From assembly GCA_903898215.1 (NCBI GenBank), contig CAIUEQ010000143.1, positions 1 through 46,981 of the forward strand: a DNA stretch of 46,981 nucleotides, given 5' to 3'. Source of the DNA: an uncultured Bacteroidota bacterium. GTDB taxonomy: Bacteria; Bacteroidota; Bacteroidia; UKL13-3. Below the pieces are notes generated by a model that was not told the DNA's origin, did not search any database, and was given only the letters and a program-made list of their open reading frames with translations. Of the stretch, positions 16,601 to 23,983 are shown piece by piece; the first letter of the stretch is position 1; each line of letters opens with the position of its first letter. A program made the position numbers and the translations under genes.

Positions 16601-18285
16601 ATAACATCTTAAAAGATTCTGTCAATCAATTTTCAGATTCATTTTTTCTTGAAAAAACTATCGTAGTAAAACTCGTGGTGATGGATTCGGTGACTTGCAA
16701 AAAAATTGATTCCACAAATCAAACCATTAGCACAGTTGCATCGAGTAATGCATCTTTTGTAACCGTTCCGGATACCTGTGGCAAAAAATATTCTTTCACA
16801 AATACTTCCACATCGTATAAAAATATTCCAGTAAAATATTTATGGGATTTTGGTGATGGCGATACCTCCACACAAAAAAATCCTACACATAAATATTTGG
16901 ATAACGGAGTATATATTATCAAGTTGGTTTGTAATTCAGGAACCGCATGTGCCGATAGTTTTTACGATTATGTTGTATATGACAGTGCCTATTATTTTGT
17001 GGTTCCTAAATTTGACCCATTGCCATGGTATGGTTGCTCTCCACAATTTTTAACCTGTGCTAATTTAACTCAAAATAACCGACACAAATTTTATTGGTAC
17101 ACCAACGGTGTTTTGCGTGATTCCAATTTTAATTTTCAAGACAGCCTTATTCTTCCAAATTTATATCGGATAAAATTAATTGTGGTTGATAGTAATACCT
17201 GCAATATTGCCGACTCGATTACTCAAAATGTTTTTGTCGATGTGTCGAGCAAAAGTGCTTTTACATTATTCAGAGACACTTGTTCTCCACTCGTATTTTT
17301 TACAAACAAAAGCACCACCTTTCAAAATAATGTAGTCAATTATTATTGGACTTTTGGAGATGGAACTTCTTCCTATAGCAAGGATCCAATTTCGCATGCT
17401 TACCCAAGCAGTGGAAATTATACCGTAACGTTATACAGTGGTTCGGGACCTTGCACCGACACTTCTTTTATTACTTTTAATTATGATATTTCAGGACATA
17501 TTTTAAAAGCAGGATTTCAGGTTTCAGATACTTTTTTGTGCATCCCTCAGATCTTGCAAATATCAAATACCAGCAGTGGTGGGAAATATTTTTATTGGTA
17601 TGTGAATGATGTGTTTGTGAGTTCTTCAAAAAACTATTCCATAAATATTTCTTCAACCGGAATTACAAAAATCAAACTTGTCGTTATTGATTCTTCGAGA
17701 TGTAATTTTATTGATTCGTTTGAAACAAGTGTAAATGCTATTCAAAAATCGACTGCCGATTTTGGCATCTCTGCAGATGTTTGTTCGCGTGAATTATTTT
17801 TTAAAAACAAAACCGGTATGCCGGGAATTCCCTACAAATGGAATTTTGGTGATGGAGATTCTTCGTTTAACGCAAATCCTTCGCACAGTTATTCAAAGCC
17901 TGGAACCTATATTATAAAACTTATTAGTAATGCAGGAACTAAATGTGCCGACACCACATTCAAACAATATAATTTTAATGGAGATACCATTGATGAATTA
18001 ATTATCCCAAATGCCTTTTCTCCAAATGGTGATGGCATCAATGATTTTTTTGAAATTCGTGGCGTTTCATGGGAATGCGATACGTTTCATATTTTTATTT
18101 TTAACAGATGGGAAAATCCATTTTTTGAATCGAGCGACCCGAGAATAATGTGGAATGGAAAAAATGAAAGAGGTGTAGAAGCTTCAGATGATGTGTATTT
18201 TTATTTGCTATACATTAAAAAACACAGTGGAAAAGAAATGAATATTCATGGAACAATCACGCTAGTTACAGGTGTAAAAAACTAA
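13654..18285 (+). CDS. 1543-aa secreted protein: SBBP beta-propeller repeats, four tandem double-PKD modules, T9SS type-B sorting domain
   Basis: TTG start with signal peptide MKKKDFIKLLFTLYFLWFSHDKIIA|QN. It has SBBP-type repeats (YATYLGGNRNDYPHSLVVDKDN.LIVYGSTCSNNFPVT) and PKD signatures (W.FGDGDTSTQKNP). The C-terminus (nt ~17992-18282) reads IIPNAFSPNGDGINDFFEI...IFNRWENPFFES...MWNGKNERG...DDVYFY...HGTITLV. Confidence 0.9.
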   Translation: MKKKDFIKLLFTLYFLWFSHDKIIAQNPEKISSENNFEFVENIGQWDNPSLYSVQMNGAELFIEKNALQYFFYDQGDIAKLVKHPRAVKEDFKSYTVKGHALRINFLSCNENTKAIGSQPFKHYYNYFRGNNSMRWKSFVKPFAEVSLQKIYPGIDIKLYTESRTHSLKYDLILQPGADPENIKMNYEGAENLKIKSGALYAQTSVRTYIELKPFAYQIVDGQTKKIKCDFILTNNTLSFKLGSYDHSIPLVIDPVVIFSTYSGSTADNFGHTATYDHDGNFYAAGIVTGPFASFNPNGRYPATVGAFMQTYNGGTTQWPESSFPCDISISKYNNDGSALMYATYLGGNRNDYPHSLVVDKDNRLIVYGSTCSNNFPVTYGAYDTTFNSTTNESDIIVTKFNTTGSALIGSTYLGGSSWDGIMWSDPSSVIDTLSVNYADEFRGEVQVNNANEIVIATTTFSSNFPTTSGAFQTVNKGLQEACIFKFDSTLKKLIWSSYLGESNNDAAYSLDIDTIGNIYVAGGTQSKSFPITSGVYQSSFAGGPVDGFITKISSNGSAIMRSMYWGGAKYDQTYFVKLDTKGKVNVFGQTFDSMPVTSNVYSSAKGSLYISRFSNNLDSLEFSTVIGNGVQNNALSPSAFIVDACGNIYASCWGGETNLYGNGYTNFHYAHNTALLPITSDALQSSTDNSDFYLFVLKKDAKTLFYGSYLGGNQSGDHVDGGTSRFDKRGIIYQSICSSCHNSYYTLSDFPTTPGSYSPLNKSPRCSNAAYKLDFRLSDLVIADFLIYPRNSCSDTVLTFTNKSYNGKQFYWYIDNVLKDTARNYKYSFPKKGNHQIKLVAVDSSRCIIVDSIAKTVNIAASSNSDFTFIRDSCSFKVSFTNNTFVANGDSVPYFWKFGDGDTSTQKNPIHTFFQGGNYFVSLISNPGTLCADTTQKTFYLDTTKYQLEPRIKIIPLQSCLPSSVSFFNRSINGKKIFWYYDNILKDSVNQFSDSFFLEKTIVVKLVVMDSVTCKKIDSTNQTISTVASSNASFVTVPDTCGKKYSFTNTSTSYKNIPVKYLWDFGDGDTSTQKNPTHKYLDNGVYIIKLVCNSGTACADSFYDYVVYDSAYYFVVPKFDPLPWYGCSPQFLTCANLTQNNRHKFYWYTNGVLRDSNFNFQDSLILPNLYRIKLIVVDSNTCNIADSITQNVFVDVSSKSAFTLFRDTCSPLVFFTNKSTTFQNNVVNYYWTFGDGTSSYSKDPISHAYPSSGNYTVTLYSGSGPCTDTSFITFNYDISGHILKAGFQVSDTFLCIPQILQISNTSSGGKYFYWYVNDVFVSSSKNYSINISSTGITKIKLVVIDSSRCNFIDSFETSVNAIQKSTADFGISADVCSRELFFKNKTGMPGIPYKWNFGDGDSSFNANPSHSYSKPGTYIIKLISNAGTKCADTTFKQYNFNGDTIDELIIPNAFSPNGDGINDFFEIRGVSWECDTFHIFIFNRWENPFFESSDPRIMWNGKNERGVEASDDVYFYLLYIKKHSGKEMNIHGTITLVTGVKN
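16010..17990 (+). repeat. four tandem ~500-bp (about 167-aa) intragenic modules
   Basis: FYWY anchors lie near 16084, 16587, 17090 and 17591. FGDG anchors lie near 16348, 16849, 17350 and 17843. Copies 1 and 2 share a near-identical 33-mer (tttggtgatggcgataYYtccacacaaaaaaat). Confidence 0.8.
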
Positions 18286-18714
18286 TCAGTTTTTTCTAAT
18301 TACATCCCAACTGTGATCGCCCAATAATTTTACCGAAGCAACAAATTTTCTTGTGTTTTTTGATTGTCCCCATTCATCAGGACCAATAAGTGACAATGTA
18401 AAATGATCATCTTTTTCATACAGATGATAAACTTGACCGATAACAGGTACAAAACGAATATCCGATTGATAAATTTTTTCTGAAACTTTTAAGCGGTTTT
18501 CAATTTCTCTTACTTGCTGAACAATTAAATCTGCCTGCTTTTTTAGCAACGAAATTTCCTGATTCGCATAATGATTCATTGCCTCTACAGCATTTGCTTT
18601 TATCTGGTTCTTATCTTCAGGACGGATTATTGGAGAGCCAATACTAAGTGGAATAGGCGACAGCGATGCTTCACCTTCATAACTTTCAAATTCTTCGTTT
18701 GATTTCATCATCAT
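18286..18714 (-). CDS. conserved hypothetical protein (resembles DUF2452)
   Basis: Start trimmed to the ATG run MMMKSNEEF; the track start is a TTG. The C-terminal half (FVPVIGQVYHLYEKDDHFTLSLIGPDEW) resembles my memory of DUF2452. Its stop abuts the stop of the convergent 1543-aa gene with no spacer. Confidence 0.6.
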   Translation of the reverse strand: MMMKSNEEFESYEGEASLSPIPLSIGSPIIRPEDKNQIKANAVEAMNHYANQEISLLKKQADLIVQQVREIENRLKVSEKIYQSDIRFVPVIGQVYHLYEKDDHFTLSLIGPDEWGQSKNTRKFVASVKLLGDHSWDVIRKN

Positions 18715-18796
18715 TAATAAAACAAAAATAAGTGGAATTGTTTTTAGAAGTATGAACAAAACTTTATGTGCATTAAATGGTTATTTTTGAAACGTT

Positions 18797-19639
18797 ATGA
18801 ACCTAAAAGTTGAAATAGACGAAAATTCCGGTTTTTGTTTCGGTGTTGTATATGCAATTGAAATGGCCGAAAACATTTTGGATGAATGTGGCAAATTGTA
18901 TTGCCTTGGTGATATTGTGCATAATGACGAAGAAGTTGCGCGACTCACAGCAAAAGGATTGAAAATAATTAATCATGAAGATTATAAAAATCTTAGAAAT
19001 GAACGTGTATTAATTCGTGCTCATGGTGAGCCTCCTGAAACTTATCGGCTCGCATTGGAAAATGATCTTGAACTTGTTGATGCAAGTTGCCCTGTTGTTT
19101 TAAAATTACAAAACCGCATTCGTGAAGCAAATAATGACGAAGAAAAAATTCTGATTTACGGAAAACACGGACATGCAGAAGTGATAGGTTTAGAAGGACA
19201 AACAAATGGTGATGCCATTGTGATTGAAAAATTTGAAGAGCTTGATAATATTGAATTACCTAAAAAAATTCAGCTTTACAGCCAAACAACAAAAAGCGCA
19301 AAAAACTTATATGCACTTCGTGACCTGTTGGTGAGCAAAGGTGTAGAAGTAGATTTTAACGATACCCTTTGCCGACAAGTTTCAAATCGCGATATTCATT
19401 TAAAGAATTTCTCCCTTCAATTTGATAAAATTGTTTTTGTTTCAGGAAAAAAATCATCGAATGGAAAAGTGCTTTTTGATGCGTGCAAAGAAGTAAATCC
19501 AAATGCATATTTTGTGAGCTCGAAAAATGAAATTCAAAAAGAGTGGTTCAACGAAAATGATTCGGTAGGAATTTGCGGAGCCACATCCACACCGCAATGG
19601 CAAATGGATGAAGTAAAAGAAGCGATATTAACTTTATAA
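18797..19639 (+). CDS. ispH: 4-hydroxy-3-methylbut-2-enyl diphosphate reductase
   Basis: 280 aa, with N-terminus SGFCFGVVYAIE, HGHAEVIGL, and the three-Cys pattern of IspH/LytB. Confidence 0.9.
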   Translation: MNLKVEIDENSGFCFGVVYAIEMAENILDECGKLYCLGDIVHNDEEVARLTAKGLKIINHEDYKNLRNERVLIRAHGEPPETYRLALENDLELVDASCPVVLKLQNRIREANNDEEKILIYGKHGHAEVIGLEGQTNGDAIVIEKFEELDNIELPKKIQLYSQTTKSAKNLYALRDLLVSKGVEVDFNDTLCRQVSNRDIHLKNFSLQFDKIVFVSGKKSSNGKVLFDACKEVNPNAYFVSSKNEIQKEWFNENDSVGICGATSTPQWQMDEVKEAILTL

Positions 19640-19648
19640 AAATTAACT

Positions 19649-20224
19649 ATGAAAAAAATACTTTTATCAGCAATACTATTTACAACAATTGCATTGGTTA
19701 TTTATAGTTTCACTAACCGTAAAGAAAAAAAAAGTAATCCTCCAAAAATTTCGTTCTATGATTTTAGTATCAAATCTCTTGACGGAAAATCAACAATTAA
19801 CTTCAGCAGTTTTAAAGGTAAAAAAGTACTGTGTGTAAACACCGCTTCTATGTGTGGGTTTACTCGTCAGTATGATGGTTTAGAAAAGTTGTATGAAAAA
19901 TATAAAAACAAACTTGTTATCATCGGATTTCCATGTAATCAATTTGGTGAACAAGAGCCTTGGGATGCCAAACAAATTGGTGAATTTTGCAAAGGCCGTT
20001 ACAATGTATCATTTCCTTTAACCGAAAAAATTATTGTAAAAGGAGATAGTGCTCATGCAATTTATAAATGGCTTACACAAAAAGAAATGAACGGTGTGAA
20101 AGATGTGAAAATCCGTTGGAATTTTGGAAAATTTTTGATTGATGAAAAAGGGAAATTCGTTGAATATTTTCCTTCGGATACCGAACCTGAAGATCCAAAA
20201 TTGAGTTCATTGATTGAGAAATAA
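19649..20224 (+). CDS. glutathione peroxidase family protein with an N-terminal membrane or signal segment
   Basis: Motifs VNTASMCGFT, GFPCNQFGEQEP and WNFGKFLI are present. It is the Cys type, with no in-frame TGA. Confidence 0.9.
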   Translation: MKKILLSAILFTTIALVIYSFTNRKEKKSNPPKISFYDFSIKSLDGKSTINFSSFKGKKVLCVNTASMCGFTRQYDGLEKLYEKYKNKLVIIGFPCNQFGEQEPWDAKQIGEFCKGRYNVSFPLTEKIIVKGDSAHAIYKWLTQKEMNGVKDVKIRWNFGKFLIDEKGKFVEYFPSDTEPEDPKLSSLIEK

Positions 20225-20246
20225 TAGTTAGTAAAAAATTATCACC

Positions 20247-20276
20247 AAGGCTGCAAAACTTTGGCAGCCTTTTTTA
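20247..20276 (+). terminator. rho-independent terminator after the peroxidase gene
   Basis: aaggctgc-aaaactttg-gcagcctt is followed by tttttattttt. Confidence 0.75.
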
Positions 20277-20305
20277 TTTTTGCCCAAATAATAAAACCAT
20301 AAAAA

Positions 20306-21298
20306 ATGAAAGTAGCAGTTGTTGGAGCCACAGGACTAGTAGGAACAATGATGTTAAAAGTTTTAGCAGAGAGAAATTTTCCGCTTACAGAACTTATTCC
20401 TGTTGCATCAGAAAAATCTGTTGGCAAAAAAATCATCTTTAAAGGAAAAGAATATTCTGTTTTCAGCATGCAACAAGCCATTGATGCAAAACCTGATATC
20501 GCGTTGTTTTCGGCAGGTGGAAATACTTCATTGGAATGGGCACCAAAATTTGCTGAAGTTGGAACTTATGTTATTGATAATTCGTCAGCATGGAGAATGC
20601 ATCCTGATAAAAAATTAGTGGTTCCCGAAGTGAATGCAAACGTGATTACAAAAAACGATCACATCATTGCAAATCCAAATTGTTCCACCATTCAAATGGT
20701 GATTGTGTTAAACCCTTTGCATAAAAAATACAAGATAAAACGTGTGGTGGTTTCTACTTACCAATCTGTTACCGGCACAGGTGTTAAAGCCGTTCAGCAA
20801 TTAGAAAACGAACGCAAAAATATCGTTGGCGAGATGGCTTATAAATATCCAATTGATAAAAATTGCATTCCTCAAATTGACGTGTTTTTAGAAAACGGTT
20901 ATACCAAAGAAGAAATGAAAATGGTGGATGAAACTAAAAAAATTATGCAGGATAATGGTATTCAACTTACTTCAACTTGTGTGCGTATTCCTGTAATGGG
21001 CGGACATAGTGAAAGTATCAATATTGAATTTGCAAATGATTTCGATTTGAATGAAGTGCGAACTATTTTATCACAAACAGCAGGGGTAATTTTGAAAGAT
21101 GATATTGCCAATTTTATTTATCCGATGCCACTGGATGCTGATGGAAAAGACGAAGTTTTTGTTGGAAGAATAAGAAGAGACGAATCGCAAGCAAACACTT
21201 TAAATTTATGGATAGTTGCCGATAATTTACGCAAAGGTGCTGCAACAAATGCTGTTCAAATTGCGGAGTATTTAATTAAAGAAAAGATAGTGGCCTGA
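20306..21298 (+). CDS. asd: aspartate-semialdehyde dehydrogenase
   Basis: 330 aa, with an N-terminal Rossmann fold (KVAVVGATGLVG) and active-site IANPNCSTIQ. Confidence 0.93.
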   Translation: MKVAVVGATGLVGTMMLKVLAERNFPLTELIPVASEKSVGKKIIFKGKEYSVFSMQQAIDAKPDIALFSAGGNTSLEWAPKFAEVGTYVIDNSSAWRMHPDKKLVVPEVNANVITKNDHIIANPNCSTIQMVIVLNPLHKKYKIKRVVVSTYQSVTGTGVKAVQQLENERKNIVGEMAYKYPIDKNCIPQIDVFLENGYTKEEMKMVDETKKIMQDNGIQLTSTCVRIPVMGGHSESINIEFANDFDLNEVRTILSQTAGVILKDDIANFIYPMPLDADGKDEVFVGRIRRDESQANTLNLWIVADNLRKGAATNAVQIAEYLIKEKIVA

Positions 21299-21310
21299 AG
21301 TTTTTAACTG

Positions 21311-21434
21311 CAGTCAGTTCGAGTAGCTGCAAAGATATGGCGAAAGTGCGTATCGAGAACAGTTTGTAATACTAACCCCTTCTCGATACAAACACTAACA
21401 CAAAACCTGCCCAATATTTTACTCGAAGTGACTG
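21311..21434. repeat. nested imperfect inverted repeat filling the convergent asd/scoB spacer
   Basis: Outer arms are cagtcagttcgagta (21311-21325) and tactcgaagtgactg (21420-21434), 14/15 complementary. Inner arms are gtatcgagaa (21350-21359) and ttctcgatac (21380-21389), a perfect match. Confidence 0.75.
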
Positions 21435-21439
21435 TCATT

Positions 21440-22093
21440 TCAAACAACCATTTCAGGAATTTCACCAACAACCAATAAATGTCCTTCTGTTTTTTCGCGG
21501 ATATATTCTACCGTTATTCCCGGTGCACGTTCTAATAATTGAAAACCTTCAGGAACAATATCAAATACCCCTAATTCGGTAACAACTTTTTTTACGCATC
21601 CTAATCCTGTAATTGGAAGTGAACATCTTTTCAGGAGTTTTGAATTTCCTTTTTTATCGACATGCTGCATGGCAACAATAATATTTTTTGCAGCAGCAAC
21701 TAAGTCCATCGCACCACCCATTCCCTTTACCATCTTACCCGGAATTTTCCAATTGGCGATGTCGCCATTTTCGGCAACTTCCATTGCACCTAAAACTGTG
21801 AGATCAACTCTTCCACTTCTGATCATTCCGAAGCTTAAAGCAGAGTCAAAAAAACTTGAACCAATTGTTGTAGTTACTGTTTGTTTTCCTGCGTTTATTA
21901 AATCAGCATCTACTTCATCAGCAAAAGGAAACGGACCGATTCCAAGCAATCCATTTTCACTTTGTAAAACCACTTCAATTCCTTCGGGAACATAATTGGC
22001 AACCAACGTAGGAATACCGATTCCAAGGTTTACATAATATCCGTCTTTTAATTCTTTCGCGATGCGTTTTGCAATTCCAAATTTGTCTAACAT
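21440..22093 (-). CDS. scoB: 3-oxoacid CoA-transferase subunit B
   Basis: 217 aa with the catalytic Glu motif LQSENGLLG. Confidence 0.9.
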   Translation of the reverse strand: MLDKFGIAKRIAKELKDGYYVNLGIGIPTLVANYVPEGIEVVLQSENGLLGIGPFPFADEVDADLINAGKQTVTTTIGSSFFDSALSFGMIRSGRVDLTVLGAMEVAENGDIANWKIPGKMVKGMGGAMDLVAAAKNIIVAMQHVDKKGNSKLLKRCSLPITGLGCVKKVVTELGVFDIVPEGFQLLERAPGITVEYIREKTEGHLLVVGEIPEMVV

Positions 22094-22170
22094 AATTTTG
22101 CTTTTAGCTATTAGCCGCTGGCTTCTAGCAATTACTTTTTTTATTTTTAACTATTCAACTAATAAACCTA

Positions 22171-22872
22171 TCAACTTTTCAACCGAGTTGTAACTTGTTC
22201 AATTCTTTTTTCATAATCAACTCCTTGGAAAATTCTGTTTACGAAAATTCCGGGTGTGTGAATTTGATCCGGATCAAGCTCTCCGGCAGGCACTAATTCT
22301 TCCACTTCGGCAATGGTAATTTTTCCTGCCATCGCCATCATCGGATTAAAATTACGGGCAGTTTCTCTAAAAATTAAGTTGCCATGCGTATCACCTTTCC
22401 ATGCTTTTACAATTGCATAATCGGAATCAAATGCATATTCCAATAAATATTGTTTGCCGTTAAATTCTCTGATCTCTTTTCCATCGGCAACTTCAGTTCC
22501 AACACCTGCAGGTGTGAATATTGCAGGCATTCCATAACCTGAAGCCAAACATCTTGTAGCTAAAGTTCCTTGAGGAATAAGTTCCACTTCCAATTCGCCA
22601 CTTAATAACTGACGCTCGAATTCTGCATTTTCGCCAACATAACTTGACACCATTTTTTTAACCTGACGGGTATTTAATAACAAGCCAATTCCAAAATCAT
22701 CCACACCAGCATTATTTGAAATGCATGTTAAATTTTTTACTCCTGTTTTCACCAATGCATTGATACAATTTTCCGGAATCCCGCATAGTCCGAAACCACC
22801 TAGCATGATCGTAGCTCCATCCTGAATATCTTTTACCGCTTCTTCGGCATTTGCCACTAATTTATTTAACAT
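22171..22872 (-). CDS. scoA: 3-oxoacid CoA-transferase subunit A
   Basis: 233 aa with [10 protein letters not shown], located immediately upstream of subunit B. Confidence 0.9.
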   Translation of the reverse strand: MLNKLVANAEEAVKDIQDGATIMLGGFGLCGIPENCINALVKTGVKNLTCISNNAGVDDFGIGLLLNTRQVKKMVSSYVGENAEFERQLLSGELEVELIPQGTLATRCLASGYGMPAIFTPAGVGTEVADGKEIREFNGKQYLLEYAFDSDYAIVKAWKGDTHGNLIFRETARNFNPMMAMAGKITIAEVEELVPAGELDPDQIHTPGIFVNRIFQGVDYEKRIEQVTTRLKS

Positions 22873-22877
22873 ATTTA

Positions 22878-22913
22878 GTTATTTGTTATTGAGTTATTTG
22901 TTATTGAGTTATT
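22878..22913. repeat. 15-bp tandem repeat gttatttgttattga x2.4
   Basis: Copies at 22878-22892 and 22893-22907, plus a partial copy at 22908-22913. It lies just upstream of the scoA ATG in a GTTATT-rich spacer. Confidence 0.85.
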
Positions 22914-23000
22914 AAAAAAGTTATTGGTTGTTGGTTATTAGTTTTAGTTAAATTAGTTATGGTTGATTTGTTATTTAGATTTATATATTCTTCTTCATCT

Positions 23001-23032
23001 GCACATCATCAAATTTGCACATCATCAAATTT
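23001..23032. repeat. perfect 16-bp tandem direct repeat gcacatcatcaaattt x2
   Basis: Copies at 23001-23016 and 23017-23032. The repeat ends 1 nt from the clpS stop and lies in the scoA upstream region. Confidence 0.9.
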
Positions 23033-23033
23033 G

Positions 23034-23315
23034 TTATTCACCTATCACAGCGCTCAATCCTTCATCACATAACGCCTGACACATTGCAGCTAATTCGTCA
23101 TGAGTTCCTGATTTTACCACTGATTTTCCTTTATAATGAATGATTGTTGCTGATTGTTCTGCCTGAATAGCATCGTGATTACAAATTCTTACCAAGCATT
23201 CAATCACATGATCGAACGTATTCACATCATCATTAAAAATAATGAGATTTAAGCCAGAAGTTGTTTCATCAAGAGTAACAACTTCTTCCTCAACTTTTCT
23301 AATTTCTTTTGACAT
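23034..23315 (-). CDS. clpS: ATP-dependent Clp protease adaptor ClpS
   Basis: 93 aa, with LIIFNDDVNTFDHVIECLVRIC...AEQSATIIHYKGKSVV typical of ClpS. Confidence 0.9.
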   Translation of the reverse strand: MSKEIRKVEEEVVTLDETTSGLNLIIFNDDVNTFDHVIECLVRICNHDAIQAEQSATIIHYKGKSVVKSGTHDELAAMCQALCDEGLSAVIGE

Positions 23316-23343
23316 ATGTATCTTTTTTTAATTTGAAGATTAC

Positions 23344-23976
23344 CTATTTTGTTTTCGATTTAAAACTAAATCTGTTTTCATTTCCTGCCAATAAACGTTT
23401 GATATTTGGACGGTGTAAATATACTACTGCAATTGCTATTACACTACAAAACGCAAGAAAACCAAATTGATCCAACCCATAAAAATATCCAACAGCAATT
23501 GGGCTGGTTAAAGCTCCGGCCATACTTCCAACAGAAATATATCTAGTTATCCAAACCAACAAAATAAAAACTGCCAAACAGATTAATGCCACCCTAATAT
23601 CCATAGCAAATAATACAGCAAATAATACCGCAACACCTTTTCCTCCTTTGAAGCCTGCAAACACCGGAAATACGTGCCCAACAACTGCAAGCACACCAAA
23701 TAATATCTGATAATTAAAAAGTTCGCTTACATCATTGGTGTCTTTTAAAAAAGTTAGAGCCGGAAGTTTTGTTGCAATAAATCCTTTTAAAAAATCAAGA
23801 AAGAAAACAATAAATCCCGCTTTATTTCCAAGAGTCCTTAATGTGTTTGTTGCACCTGCATTTCCGCTTCCATGTTGGCGTACATCAATTTTATGAAAAA
23901 TTTTTCCATACCAAACTGCCGAAGGAATCGAACCTAAAAGATATGCTAAAACACTCGTTAAAATAATTATTATCAT
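23344..23976 (-). CDS. plsY: glycerol-3-phosphate acyltransferase PlsY
   Basis: 210-aa polytopic protein with SGNAGATN and GGKGVA motifs. Confidence 0.92.
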   Translation of the reverse strand: MIIIILTSVLAYLLGSIPSAVWYGKIFHKIDVRQHGSGNAGATNTLRTLGNKAGFIVFFLDFLKGFIATKLPALTFLKDTNDVSELFNYQILFGVLAVVGHVFPVFAGFKGGKGVAVLFAVLFAMDIRVALICLAVFILLVWITRYISVGSMAGALTSPIAVGYFYGLDQFGFLAFCSVIAIAVVYLHRPNIKRLLAGNENRFSFKSKTK

Positions 23977-23983
23977 CTGTGGT

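Noticed and set aside
20242-20481. 79-aa minus-strand ORF.
   Set aside because: It is antisense to the asd 5' end and covers the peroxidase terminator.
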